22,463 bases of DNA from Promethearchaeota archaeon (GCA_048938025.1 JBHLMP010000050.1:5191-27653), one strand, 5' to 3'; counted from the stretch's first letter, positions 7,851 through 15,721 are shown. Made by a program: numbers and translations. Notes: generated by a model not told the origin, from the letters alone.

Positions 7851-7953
7851 GGCCGGGTACGGGAATTGAACCCGTCTTTCCCCGGTAATAGAATAGATCT
7901 TAAACCTCTAGGGATTCACAGTCCCCAATCCTTACCACTAGACGAACCCGGCC
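7851..7953 (-). tRNA. trnH: tRNA-His(GUG) with encoded G-1 and a 30-nt intron (7878-7907) in the variable loop
   Basis: Acceptor GCCGGGT/ACCCGGC, D-arm GTCT-AGTGGTAA-GGAT, anticodon arm GGGGA-CTGTGAA-TCCCT, T-arm ACGGG-TTCAATT-CCCGT. G-1 (7953) lies opposite discriminator C73 (7851). CCA is not encoded. The insert is bounded by a BHB motif. Confidence 0.93.
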
Positions 7954-7978
7954 AATGTTTGAAGTAGGATAAAAAAGT

Positions 7979-7999
7979 ATTAATAATAGTGTTTCTTTC
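7979..7999 (-). promoter_or_regulatory. Putative BRE/TATA promoter of tRNA-His
   Basis: Minus strand GAAAGAAACACTA-TTATTAAT, with the TATA-like element about 26-33 nt upstream of the tRNA 5' end. Confidence 0.45.
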
Positions 8000-8020
8000 T
8001 AAAAAAATTTTATTCATTTT

Positions 8021-8596
8021 CTATTGTTTATTATCTTTAACTATATTTATAACATAATTTAAAAATTGATTAATGGCTTCATCAAGTTCCCCAGAATTAT
8101 CAACTACAAAATCTGCTTCAGGGAATTTTTGATTATTTCTTGCTCTTTCTATTCTTTCCTTCAATCCTTGTTCGCTTTCTCTTTCTCTAATTTTTAAACG
8201 TTGAAGAGTAATTTCAAAGGGAACTTCTATAAATACAACCTTGAGGTTTTTATATTTTTTTCTTGTGTTATTTATAATTGTTCTACTAACATTAACTATT
8301 ACTGTATGCCCGGTTTTAAGCCATTCTTCTATGTCTATAGGAACACCATAATCTAATCCATAGATATGCCACTGTAAAGCAAATTTTCCTTGTTTACTCA
8401 TTGCATTAAATTCTTTAGAACTTATAAAATAATTATCTTCAGTTTCAGAGGGATTTCTTGTAATATATCTTTTAACGATATAAACTCTCTTTAAATCTAA
8501 AGGATATTTTTCTGCTGCTCCATTAATTATTGAATCTTTCCCAGAACCAGAATTTCCAACAACTAAAATTAATGTACCTGGAAAATTTTTTACCAT
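8021..8596 (-). CDS. phnN: PhnN-like ribose 1,5-bisphosphate phosphokinase (guanylate-kinase-like fold)
   Basis: GTLILVVGNSGSGKDSII, KRYITR, FALQWHIYGLDYGVP, VIVNVSR, L-x-x-RL-x-x-R-x-RE and DNSGEL. GKDS, RYITR, W-x-x-x-GL-x-YG and N-x-SR favour PhnN over Gmk. Confidence 0.8.
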   Translation of the reverse strand: MVKNFPGTLILVVGNSGSGKDSIINGAAEKYPLDLKRVYIVKRYITRNPSETEDNYFISSKEFNAMSKQGKFALQWHIYGLDYGVPIDIEEWLKTGHTVIVNVSRTIINNTRKKYKNLKVVFIEVPFEITLQRLKIRERESEQGLKERIERARNNQKFPEADFVVDNSGELDEAINQFLNYVINIVKDNKQ

Positions 8597-8768
8597 TTTT
8601 CTTTAAAAATAATTCGTTTTAGTTCTATTAAAACTAATATACATAATTAAATTTATAAAATTCTTTAGATGTAATATTAAAAAGATTTTTAAGAATATTT
8701 TGTGTTATCAATCTTGCAAAGTAAAAATAATTATAATCAATTTGTTTTAGTATTTTTTTTGATATAAT

Positions 8769-9188
8769 ATGGCGAACAATAACAAAGAGGAATTTATAAA
8801 TATTTCAGATATCCCTGAAAGCTATCAAAGATATCTGGATGAGATATACACTATATCACATAAAAAAAGAGGTGGCTGGGTTTCTAATAAAGAGCTCGCA
8901 GAAAATCTAGACGTAAAACCGGCAAGTGTTACTGGTATGATTGAGAAACTTCAACGAGCGGATTTAATTTTATGGAAACCTAGAAAAGCTATCAGATTAA
9001 CTGAAAAAGGAAAAAGAATAGCTATTCAGCTGAATGAAACTCATGAACTGTTATATACCTTCTTTGAAAAAGTTTTAAAGATTGATGATATGGATTTAGT
9101 TGAAAAAATCTCATGTGAAATTGAACACCATATTTCCATGGATGTTAAAAATTCTTTAAAGCAATTTTTATCAAAGTATTTGGGATAA
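8769..9188 (+). CDS. DtxR/MntR-family metal-dependent transcriptional regulator (no FeoA domain)
   Basis: YLDEIY, winged HTH NKELAENLDVKPASVTGMIEKL, IRLTEKGKRIA, HELLYTFF and SCEIEHHIS. Confidence 0.9.
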   Translation: MANNNKEEFINISDIPESYQRYLDEIYTISHKKRGGWVSNKELAENLDVKPASVTGMIEKLQRADLILWKPRKAIRLTEKGKRIAIQLNETHELLYTFFEKVLKIDDMDLVEKISCEIEHHISMDVKNSLKQFLSKYLG

Positions 9189-9253
9189 ATTTAATTACAA
9201 TTCTTAATTCTGTGATTCATTCAACTATAAATAGATTTTTCAATTGAGTAAAT

Positions 9254-10012
9254 ATGAGTGAAGAACTCTTAAATAAAATCAATTTAGTAAGCGAGTATTT
9301 AAAAGATTTTACAAATTTCATAGAATTAGAAAATTTCAGATCCTTTTTGTTATTCACATTAACAAGCCAAGTACCATCAAATATATTAGCCCAAATTGGT
9401 CTTGGTGGGCCTAAAGAAATAATTAATTTACCTTACAATCCAATTTTTAAAATTTATTATCAAAAGATTAATTTAATCTCAGCAGGGGCATTAATAATTT
9501 ACGTTAAAACTGATCCAATTTCAAATAATTTTATTGTAGAAAAAGACGATTCAATTATTAAGAAGTATTTGAATCCTAATGAGGTTAGTCTTGCATTTCG
9601 CGGTAAAGAAAAATTTCTCCTTCCTAAGATTAGTGATTGCAGTGCTTTTAATGATGATAGAAAAAATAAGATAAATATAAAAATTGATGACTTATTTCAT
9701 TCATTAGAGAGTTTCCTTGCTGTATCTGAGCCAAATTTACTTTTTGTTATCAATGCAAAAAATAATTCGGATCCTGACTTAATTTTTACTTTTAATATGA
9801 TGCCAGAATTCCCTGGTAAATTGGATCAGAAAGTCTTAAAAGTTGATGTTTATTTAGATTACATCCATGAAACAAGAGATATAACGTATTTAAAACGAGA
9901 GGAAGATTATAAAATAACTTATTTGAAGGATATCAAGGAAGTTAGTCATGCAGATTTATATAAATCCTCATTCTCGTTAATCTTACATGTTAAATCGTTA
10001 AATGAACCTTAA
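9254..10012 (+). CDS. Hypothetical protein (252 aa)
   Basis: Long ATG ORF with genome-typical composition. No motif recognised. Confidence 0.7.
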   Translation: MSEELLNKINLVSEYLKDFTNFIELENFRSFLLFTLTSQVPSNILAQIGLGGPKEIINLPYNPIFKIYYQKINLISAGALIIYVKTDPISNNFIVEKDDSIIKKYLNPNEVSLAFRGKEKFLLPKISDCSAFNDDRKNKINIKIDDLFHSLESFLAVSEPNLLFVINAKNNSDPDLIFTFNMMPEFPGKLDQKVLKVDVYLDYIHETRDITYLKREEDYKITYLKDIKEVSHADLYKSSFSLILHVKSLNEP

Positions 10013-10263
10013 TCTATTTTAAATTACTTTTTTCTTGTTTTAATCTTTATTTAACATTAGAGTTAAAATACTTCTAATATTACTGCGTTAATAATTGACA
10101 GCATTTATTAAAGGACAGATATAATTATATTCGTTAGCCATTAAACAATTAATACATTAAAGGATTAATACTCTTAATTTATAAATAATTCGACAAAATT
10201 AATTATTAAACTATTATTTACAATTCCAATATTTTATTAATTTTATATTAAGGGTTGTTAAAA

Positions 10264-10467
10264 ATGAAGATCATAACTATAAATTTACCAGAAAAATATC
10301 TTGATGCTATTCAGACTCTCAATGATCTTGGTATATATCCTTCGAGGAGTGAAGCAATAAGAATTGCTCTCCATAATTTTTTAGCAAATGAGTTAAAGAT
10401 GTATAAAGATCTCGATGATGATAGCTTTAAAATGCTAATGAGAAGCAAATCAAATAAAAGAACATAA
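10264..10467 (+). CDS. Ribbon-helix-helix (CopG/Arc/MetJ) DNA-binding protein
   Basis: MKIITINLP strand, EKYLDAIQTL helix and GIYPSRSEAIRIAL helix. ATG at 10264 preferred over TTG at 10255. Confidence 0.88.
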   Translation: MKIITINLPEKYLDAIQTLNDLGIYPSRSEAIRIALHNFLANELKMYKDLDDDSFKMLMRSKSNKRT

Positions 10468-10620
10468 ATTACCTTTTTTATTTATTTTTACAACCATTGT
10501 TTAGTAATTATCATTCTTTATTTCAAGAAAATAAAGTTTTCAATCTAAATTAATTAAAATATTAAATAGAGAAATCGCCTAATTAAAATTACAATTTAAT
10601 AAATAAGCCATTTTATAAAA

Positions 10621-11892
10621 ATGCCGAAAAATACTCAAATTTTAATTTTATTAACACTATTTAGTAGTGCTCTTTTTAGCATTATAACTCCAATGGCAGA
10701 AGAAATTTCAAGTGCTCTACATTTTGGGGAAAACCAAGTAGTTTTTATAAATTCCATGTTTCTAATGGTTGGGGCAATTAGTTCCCTATTTTGGGCTTTA
10801 TTGGGGGATAAATTTTCACGAAAGAATTTACTTATTATAAGCACCTTAGAATGGTCGATTCTTGCATCATTAACTATATTTTCAACCGATTTTTATTCAT
10901 TACTGACATTTCAATTGATTACAGCGATTGGATTTGGTGCGGCAATACCTTTAATCTTTTCATTAATAATTGATTTTGTTGAAACAGAAAAAAGAGGTAA
11001 AAAATTTGGGCACTTAAGTGCTGTATATGTCTTAGGGAATGGATTGGGACAAATGCTCTCAGGATTTTTAATTGATTATTATACATGGCAAACACCTCTG
11101 TTAATTGTTTCCATCTCTGGTTTCCTATGTACAGGTTTATTAACTTTAATTAAAGAGCCTGCAAGGGGGGCAAAAGATGAACTTTATAAAACAATTGAAG
11201 AAAGCAATTTAATTGGATTAGATTATAAAATTAAGTTAAAAGATTTCAAACAAATTTGGAAAATTAAAACAACAATTTGGATATTAACATTCAATTTTGT
11301 CATGTTCATATCTATTGGAGCAATCTCCTCCTTCTTTATCTCAATGCTTAAGAGAGATTATGATCTTAGTTCTACATTAGCAACCTTCTTCCTGATTTTA
11401 GTATTTGGAAGTCAAGTTCCTTCCGGTCCATTATTTGGCAAGCTTGGAGATAAGAAATATGAAATAGATAAAAATGGAAGAATAAAGATTGTATTATATT
11501 GTCTCATAAGTGGGTCTAGTTTTTATATAATAGCTTTTTCATTATATTTCATATCAAATGAATTCTCGATTGCTATTCTATTTTTAGCTCTAGCCCTTGT
11601 AGGTGCATTTCTATTTGGTGGAATTGACCCTCTCACTCAAGCAACATTAGGAGAAATCAATCCTCCTCAAATCAGATCAACAATTTATTCTCTGAATTAC
11701 TTAGCAACAATCACTTTAGGGCGGAGTATAAGTTTATTATTGCTTGGACAATTGTTTTTAATTTTTAATAATCACTACAGTCCGGGATATTTTATTTTAT
11801 CTATAATGGCTTTATCATGTACGCTGTTTATTATTCCAATTTTAAAATTTTTACCTCGTGATTTTGATGAAATTAAATCTTTTAACTCTTAA
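10621..11892 (+). CDS. Major facilitator superfamily transporter
   Basis: About 12 hydrophobic segments, motif A in both halves (ALLGDKFSRK, GKLGDKKY), plus DFVETEKRGK and EINPPQIRST loops. Confidence 0.92.
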   Translation: MPKNTQILILLTLFSSALFSIITPMAEEISSALHFGENQVVFINSMFLMVGAISSLFWALLGDKFSRKNLLIISTLEWSILASLTIFSTDFYSLLTFQLITAIGFGAAIPLIFSLIIDFVETEKRGKKFGHLSAVYVLGNGLGQMLSGFLIDYYTWQTPLLIVSISGFLCTGLLTLIKEPARGAKDELYKTIEESNLIGLDYKIKLKDFKQIWKIKTTIWILTFNFVMFISIGAISSFFISMLKRDYDLSSTLATFFLILVFGSQVPSGPLFGKLGDKKYEIDKNGRIKIVLYCLISGSSFYIIAFSLYFISNEFSIAILFLALALVGAFLFGGIDPLTQATLGEINPPQIRSTIYSLNYLATITLGRSISLLLLGQLFLIFNNHYSPGYFILSIMALSCTLFIIPILKFLPRDFDEIKSFNS

Positions 11893-11920
11893 ATAATACA
11901 GTTTATCGTGAGATATAATT

Positions 11921-12622
11921 ATGGAGATAAAAACAGATCTATGTATAGGCTGTGGACAATGTGTAATTGTATGTCCTATTCATGCTATAGAATTAATAGA
12001 TAATAAAGCTGTGATAAATCAAGATCAATGTGTCGAGTGTGCTGTTTGTTATCGAGATGCTGAATGTCCCGTCAAAGCGATTAGATCTAAACGATTAAAA
12101 TGGCCTCGGATTATCCGTAGTCCATTTAGTAATGTAATTGCTACACATAAAGTAACAGGAATACCTGGGAGAGGGACTGAAGAAATGAAAACTAATGACG
12201 TAACTAATCGATATAATCGCGGTGAAATTGGATTCTCTATAGAAATAGGACGTCCTGGAGTAGGTACATACCTTAGAAATATAGAATTATTCACCACAAG
12301 ATTATCTAAAATTGGAGTAGAATATGAAAAAGACAACCCTGTAACAGCAATTATAATTGATGATAAAGGACATATTAAAGAAGATTTAAAAAATGAAAAA
12401 GTTCTTTCAGCAATGTTTGAATTTAAGGTTCCTGAGAGCAAAACAAATGATGTGTTAAACATTATTAGAAAAGTTGAAAAGAAAATTGATACTAGCTTTA
12501 CAGTTGGTATAATTTCTAGAGTAATGGAAAATGGTGATATTCCGATAATAGATTTATTATCCAAAGAAGGTTTTAACGTAAGACCAAATGTTAAGGCAAA
12601 TCTGGGTTTAGGTAGAGCTTAA
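11921..12622 (+). CDS. 2x[4Fe-4S] ferredoxin-domain protein with an uncharacterised C-terminal domain (GRGTEEMKTNDVT motif)
   Basis: CIGCGQCVIVCP and CVECAVCYRDAECP cluster motifs, followed by TGIPGRGTEEMKTNDVTNR, EIGRPGVG, KVLSAMFEFK and a terminal KANLGLGR. Confidence 0.8.
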   Translation: MEIKTDLCIGCGQCVIVCPIHAIELIDNKAVINQDQCVECAVCYRDAECPVKAIRSKRLKWPRIIRSPFSNVIATHKVTGIPGRGTEEMKTNDVTNRYNRGEIGFSIEIGRPGVGTYLRNIELFTTRLSKIGVEYEKDNPVTAIIIDDKGHIKEDLKNEKVLSAMFEFKVPESKTNDVLNIIRKVEKKIDTSFTVGIISRVMENGDIPIIDLLSKEGFNVRPNVKANLGLGRA

Positions 12623-12626
12623 GCAT

Positions 12627-12633
12627 AGGAGGT
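12627..12633 (+). promoter_or_regulatory. Shine-Dalgarno site for the 12644 CDS
   Basis: AGGAGGT 10 nt upstream of ATG 12644, inside a 21-nt intergenic gap. Confidence 0.7.
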
Positions 12634-12643
12634 ATATAAGTTT

Positions 12644-13237
12644 ATGACACACTCTTTACATAGAACAGGAAACATCGAAGATCTTAAGAAGGATTATGTT
12701 ATTCTAGCTATGCTAGCAGCTGGGATAAATGATAAATATCCTGATTCACGTAAAAAATTAATGAGAGTTGGTGAAATTCTAAATCAACATAACCCTATAA
12801 ATATAATGCCAGAATTCGCCTGGAAAATCTCTCCTATTGGTACAGCAACATTTAATGATTTAGAAAATGTGAAAAGAGTTATAAAAACTCTCAAAGAGGA
12901 AAATTTAGGAGTTTCTATAGTTATAAGTGGGTTGCTTTCTGAAATCCAAGATATTGCTACCACAGTTGATTTAAATCTGCACACAGTTCATCTCTCTTTA
13001 GGATTATTTGGGAAAAAGGAGTTATTACCTTCTGAAAAAATTTTAGAAATTACAACTATGTGTGGGCATCATTGTATCTCGCCACAATCTGTTGCATATT
13101 ATGTAGAACAGATAAAAGAAGGTAAAATTAATATAGAAAAAGCAGTTCATAAATTATCAAAACCTTGCATCTGTGGAATATTTAATCATTCTCGAGCAAT
13201 AAATATACTAGATGATTTAGTTAAAAAAATATCTTAA
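12644..13237 (+). CDS. Uncharacterised Cys/His-motif protein, probable partner of the upstream Fe-S protein
   Basis: N-terminal MTHSLHRTG, GVSIVISGL, HTVHLSLG, TTMCGHHCIS and PCICGIFN-x-x-RA motifs. Strong SD site. Confidence 0.75.
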   Translation: MTHSLHRTGNIEDLKKDYVILAMLAAGINDKYPDSRKKLMRVGEILNQHNPINIMPEFAWKISPIGTATFNDLENVKRVIKTLKEENLGVSIVISGLLSEIQDIATTVDLNLHTVHLSLGLFGKKELLPSEKILEITTMCGHHCISPQSVAYYVEQIKEGKINIEKAVHKLSKPCICGIFNHSRAINILDDLVKKIS

Positions 13238-13345
13238 TTATACAAACATTTAAAACCTAACTTAAGATATAAATATTGAATTAATTTATCTTCAATTAAA
13301 AAAGAGAAAATTAGAATTCTTATAATATATCTAGAGGTAGAATTA

Positions 13346-13984
13346 TTGAAAATCGCAATTATTGGGACAGGAAGATTGGGGAGTACTTTAGGAAAAATCT
13401 GGGCAGAAAAGGGGCATATAATAATGTTTGGATCTCGGGATCCTCTGAAAGCAAAAAAGTTAGCTAGTTCAATTGGATCTAATGCAAGTGGTGGAACATA
13501 TGAAGAAGCGGCAAGATTTGGTGATATAATCGTTCTTGCCGTTCCATGGTCAGCAGCAAAAGAATCAGTCAAAACAGCAGGAGATTTAAACGGAAAGATT
13601 CTTATAGATTCTACTACTACTGTTGCGCCCCATTTGGGGAGTCCTTTAATAGACCCTACTAAATCTGGAGCAGAAAAAATCGCAAAATGGGCAGTAGGGG
13701 CTAAAGTTATAAAAGCAGTTCATACTGTTGGAGTAGAAAGTTTAAATAAATTACAATTTGGGTCACAACAAGCAAGTTTATTTACTTGTGGAGATAATTT
13801 AGCCGCAAAATCAAAAGTAAAGCAATTAGGACTCGATCTCGGTTTTGATGTTATAGATGTGGGACCTTTAAAAAATGCTAGACTTATAGAACCTCTTGCT
13901 ATGCTTTGGATCGAATTAGCTTACAATCAAGGGATGGGAACAGACATAGCATTTAAATTATTAACACGTAGGAAAACAAGATAA
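13346..13984 (+). CDS. NADPH-dependent F420 reductase-like protein (Fno / F420_oxidored family)
   Basis: MKIAIIGTGRLG Rossmann motif, GSRDP, IVLAVPW, GKILID, SGAE, CGD...AK and GF-x-x-x-D-x-G-x-L-x-x-AR-x-x-EP. TTG start with GAGGT at 13334-13338. Confidence 0.85.
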   Translation: MKIAIIGTGRLGSTLGKIWAEKGHIIMFGSRDPLKAKKLASSIGSNASGGTYEEAARFGDIIVLAVPWSAAKESVKTAGDLNGKILIDSTTTVAPHLGSPLIDPTKSGAEKIAKWAVGAKVIKAVHTVGVESLNKLQFGSQQASLFTCGDNLAAKSKVKQLGLDLGFDVIDVGPLKNARLIEPLAMLWIELAYNQGMGTDIAFKLLTRRKTR

Positions 13985-14040
13985 AGTATTTAATATTTTT
14001 TATATAATCTTTCATTTTCTATTTTAACCTTTAGAATAAT

Positions 14041-14487
14041 TTACAAAAAAGGTATAAATTTATCTAAAGTTATTTTTGCACCTATAGTTGATGGAATTTC
14101 TACTTTTTTTTTTACATCTTTATAACTATAACCTTTGTTATATAAATTTTCCATTGCTGGAGAAAATACAATTTTATAATATTTGTCTCCTATTTTATTT
14201 ATAATTTTGTCAAATTCTTTTGTAGTTATCCATTTTTCTTCTTTTCTATGAGTAACTGATACACCTTTTTCTTTTCCTTTCTGTTCTAATTTATAATTTC
14301 GTGCTTCTTTTCCCAAACGTGCCTGATACCCAACAATAGCAATAACAACTCCATGAATTTTAGCTTCTTCTTCAGTATATCCTTTTTTTAACCAATCAAT
14401 ACGATGATATTCTGAAATAATATCCCATTTACCTATTTTAATGGATTTGATTTTTTCCAATTCTTTTTCTTCAAATGATCTAGACAT
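14041..14487 (-). CDS. Hypothetical Lys-rich protein (148 aa)
   Basis: ATG ORF filling the gap. No motif recognised. Confidence 0.65.
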   Translation of the reverse strand: MSRSFEEKELEKIKSIKIGKWDIISEYHRIDWLKKGYTEEEAKIHGVVIAIVGYQARLGKEARNYKLEQKGKEKGVSVTHRKEEKWITTKEFDKIINKIGDKYYKIVFSPAMENLYNKGYSYKDVKKKVEIPSTIGAKITLDKFIPFL

Positions 14488-14660
14488 TTTAATTAATTAG
14501 TGGTTTTTAGAATTATTTTTAGTAGAATTAAGTAAATCTTAGATTTATTTTTTTCAATTCATTCATATATAACCCATTAAGAAAAAAAAAAAAATAACTG
14601 AAAATAATAAATTCTAATAAAATGAATAATTTCTAATAATAAACCTATTGAGAATGAAAT

Positions 14661-15599
14661 ATGAGTATCTCAAAATATAATAATAATTACCTATTGGCTC
14701 ATACTTATTCTATTGTGGCAAGAGATCCTAAAACTGGAGAAATGGGTGTGGGAGTACAAAGTCATTATTTCAATGTATCCGTTGTAGCATGGGGAGAATC
14801 AGGATTAGGAGTTGTAGCAACACAATCCTTTATAAATAAATCTTTTGGCCTACGAGGTCTTGAATTATTAAAACAGGGAAACTCTCCTGAAGAAGTATTA
14901 AAGATTTTGCTTTCTGATGATGACGGAAAGGATGTAAGACAGGTTGCTATTTTAGATGTTCAAGGAAGTGTTGCAACTCATACGGGTTCAAAATGTATAA
15001 AATATGCTGGTCATAAAATAGGAGATAATTTTTCAGTTCAGGCAAACTTAATGTTATCTGATAAAGTATGGCCTACTATGGCAGAAGCCTATAGAAGTTA
15101 TAAAAACCTCCCTTTACCTGAGCGTATAATCAAGACTCTAGAAGCAGCAGAGTCAGTTGGAGGTGATATAAGGGGAATGCAATCTGCTGCTTTATTAATA
15201 GTCAGTGGTGAACCAATAGAAAATAAATGGGAAGAACCCCTCATCGATCTCAGGGTAGAAGATCATAAACAACCATTAAAGGAGCTTAACAGATTGTTAA
15301 AATTATATAGAGCTTATGAGCATATGGATTATGGAGATCAAGCAGTTGAAAAAGATGATATTAATAAAGCTCTTAAAGAATATAATGCTGCTATGGAAAT
15401 GTTCCCAGATAATCTTGAAATGAAATATTGGACTGCAGTATCTTTAGCAAATAGTCAAAAACTTGATGATGCTTTACAAATATTTAAAGATGTATTTAAG
15501 AAAGATGATAATTGGCGATTGCTCACGGAAAGATTACCTGAAGTAGAGCTATTAAAGTTAAAAAAAGAAGATTTACATAAGATTTTATCGTTAAAATAA
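14661..15599 (+). CDS. DUF1028-family Ntn-hydrolase-like protein with C-terminal TPR region
   Basis: TYSIVARDPKTGEMGVGVQS, GVVATQS, RQV, HTG-x-x-C, SVQAN, GGDIRGMQSAAL and DLRVEDH-x-x-PL-x-EL-x-RL. TPR-like tail (ALKEYNAAMEMFPDN, DALQIFKDVFKKD). Confidence 0.9.
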   Translation: MSISKYNNNYLLAHTYSIVARDPKTGEMGVGVQSHYFNVSVVAWGESGLGVVATQSFINKSFGLRGLELLKQGNSPEEVLKILLSDDDGKDVRQVAILDVQGSVATHTGSKCIKYAGHKIGDNFSVQANLMLSDKVWPTMAEAYRSYKNLPLPERIIKTLEAAESVGGDIRGMQSAALLIVSGEPIENKWEEPLIDLRVEDHKQPLKELNRLLKLYRAYEHMDYGDQAVEKDDINKALKEYNAAMEMFPDNLEMKYWTAVSLANSQKLDDALQIFKDVFKKDDNWRLLTERLPEVELLKLKKEDLHKILSLK

Positions 15600-15721
15600 A
15601 GAATTTTATGAGCAAACTAAAATTTAATTAACACATCATTATTTTAATGAATAACTACTTAACTCAATAATAAAATTGAAATAAAATATAATATAAGAAT
15701 TGTCTTTCTCGAAATTAAAAA

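Noticed and set aside
7876-7909. Reading the tRNA insert as a long variable arm (Sec/Ser/Leu type)
   Set aside because: The GUG anticodon with G-1/C73 defines His, and the insert forms a BHB whose removal gives a normal cloverleaf.
7701-8020. tRNA-His as an integration site for a mobile element
   Set aside because: No integrase and no duplicated tRNA 3' end seen in the window.
14582-14594. A13 homopolymer in a divergent intergenic region as a phase-variation tract
   Set aside because: Long A/T runs are common in these intergenic regions, and variation cannot be shown without reads.
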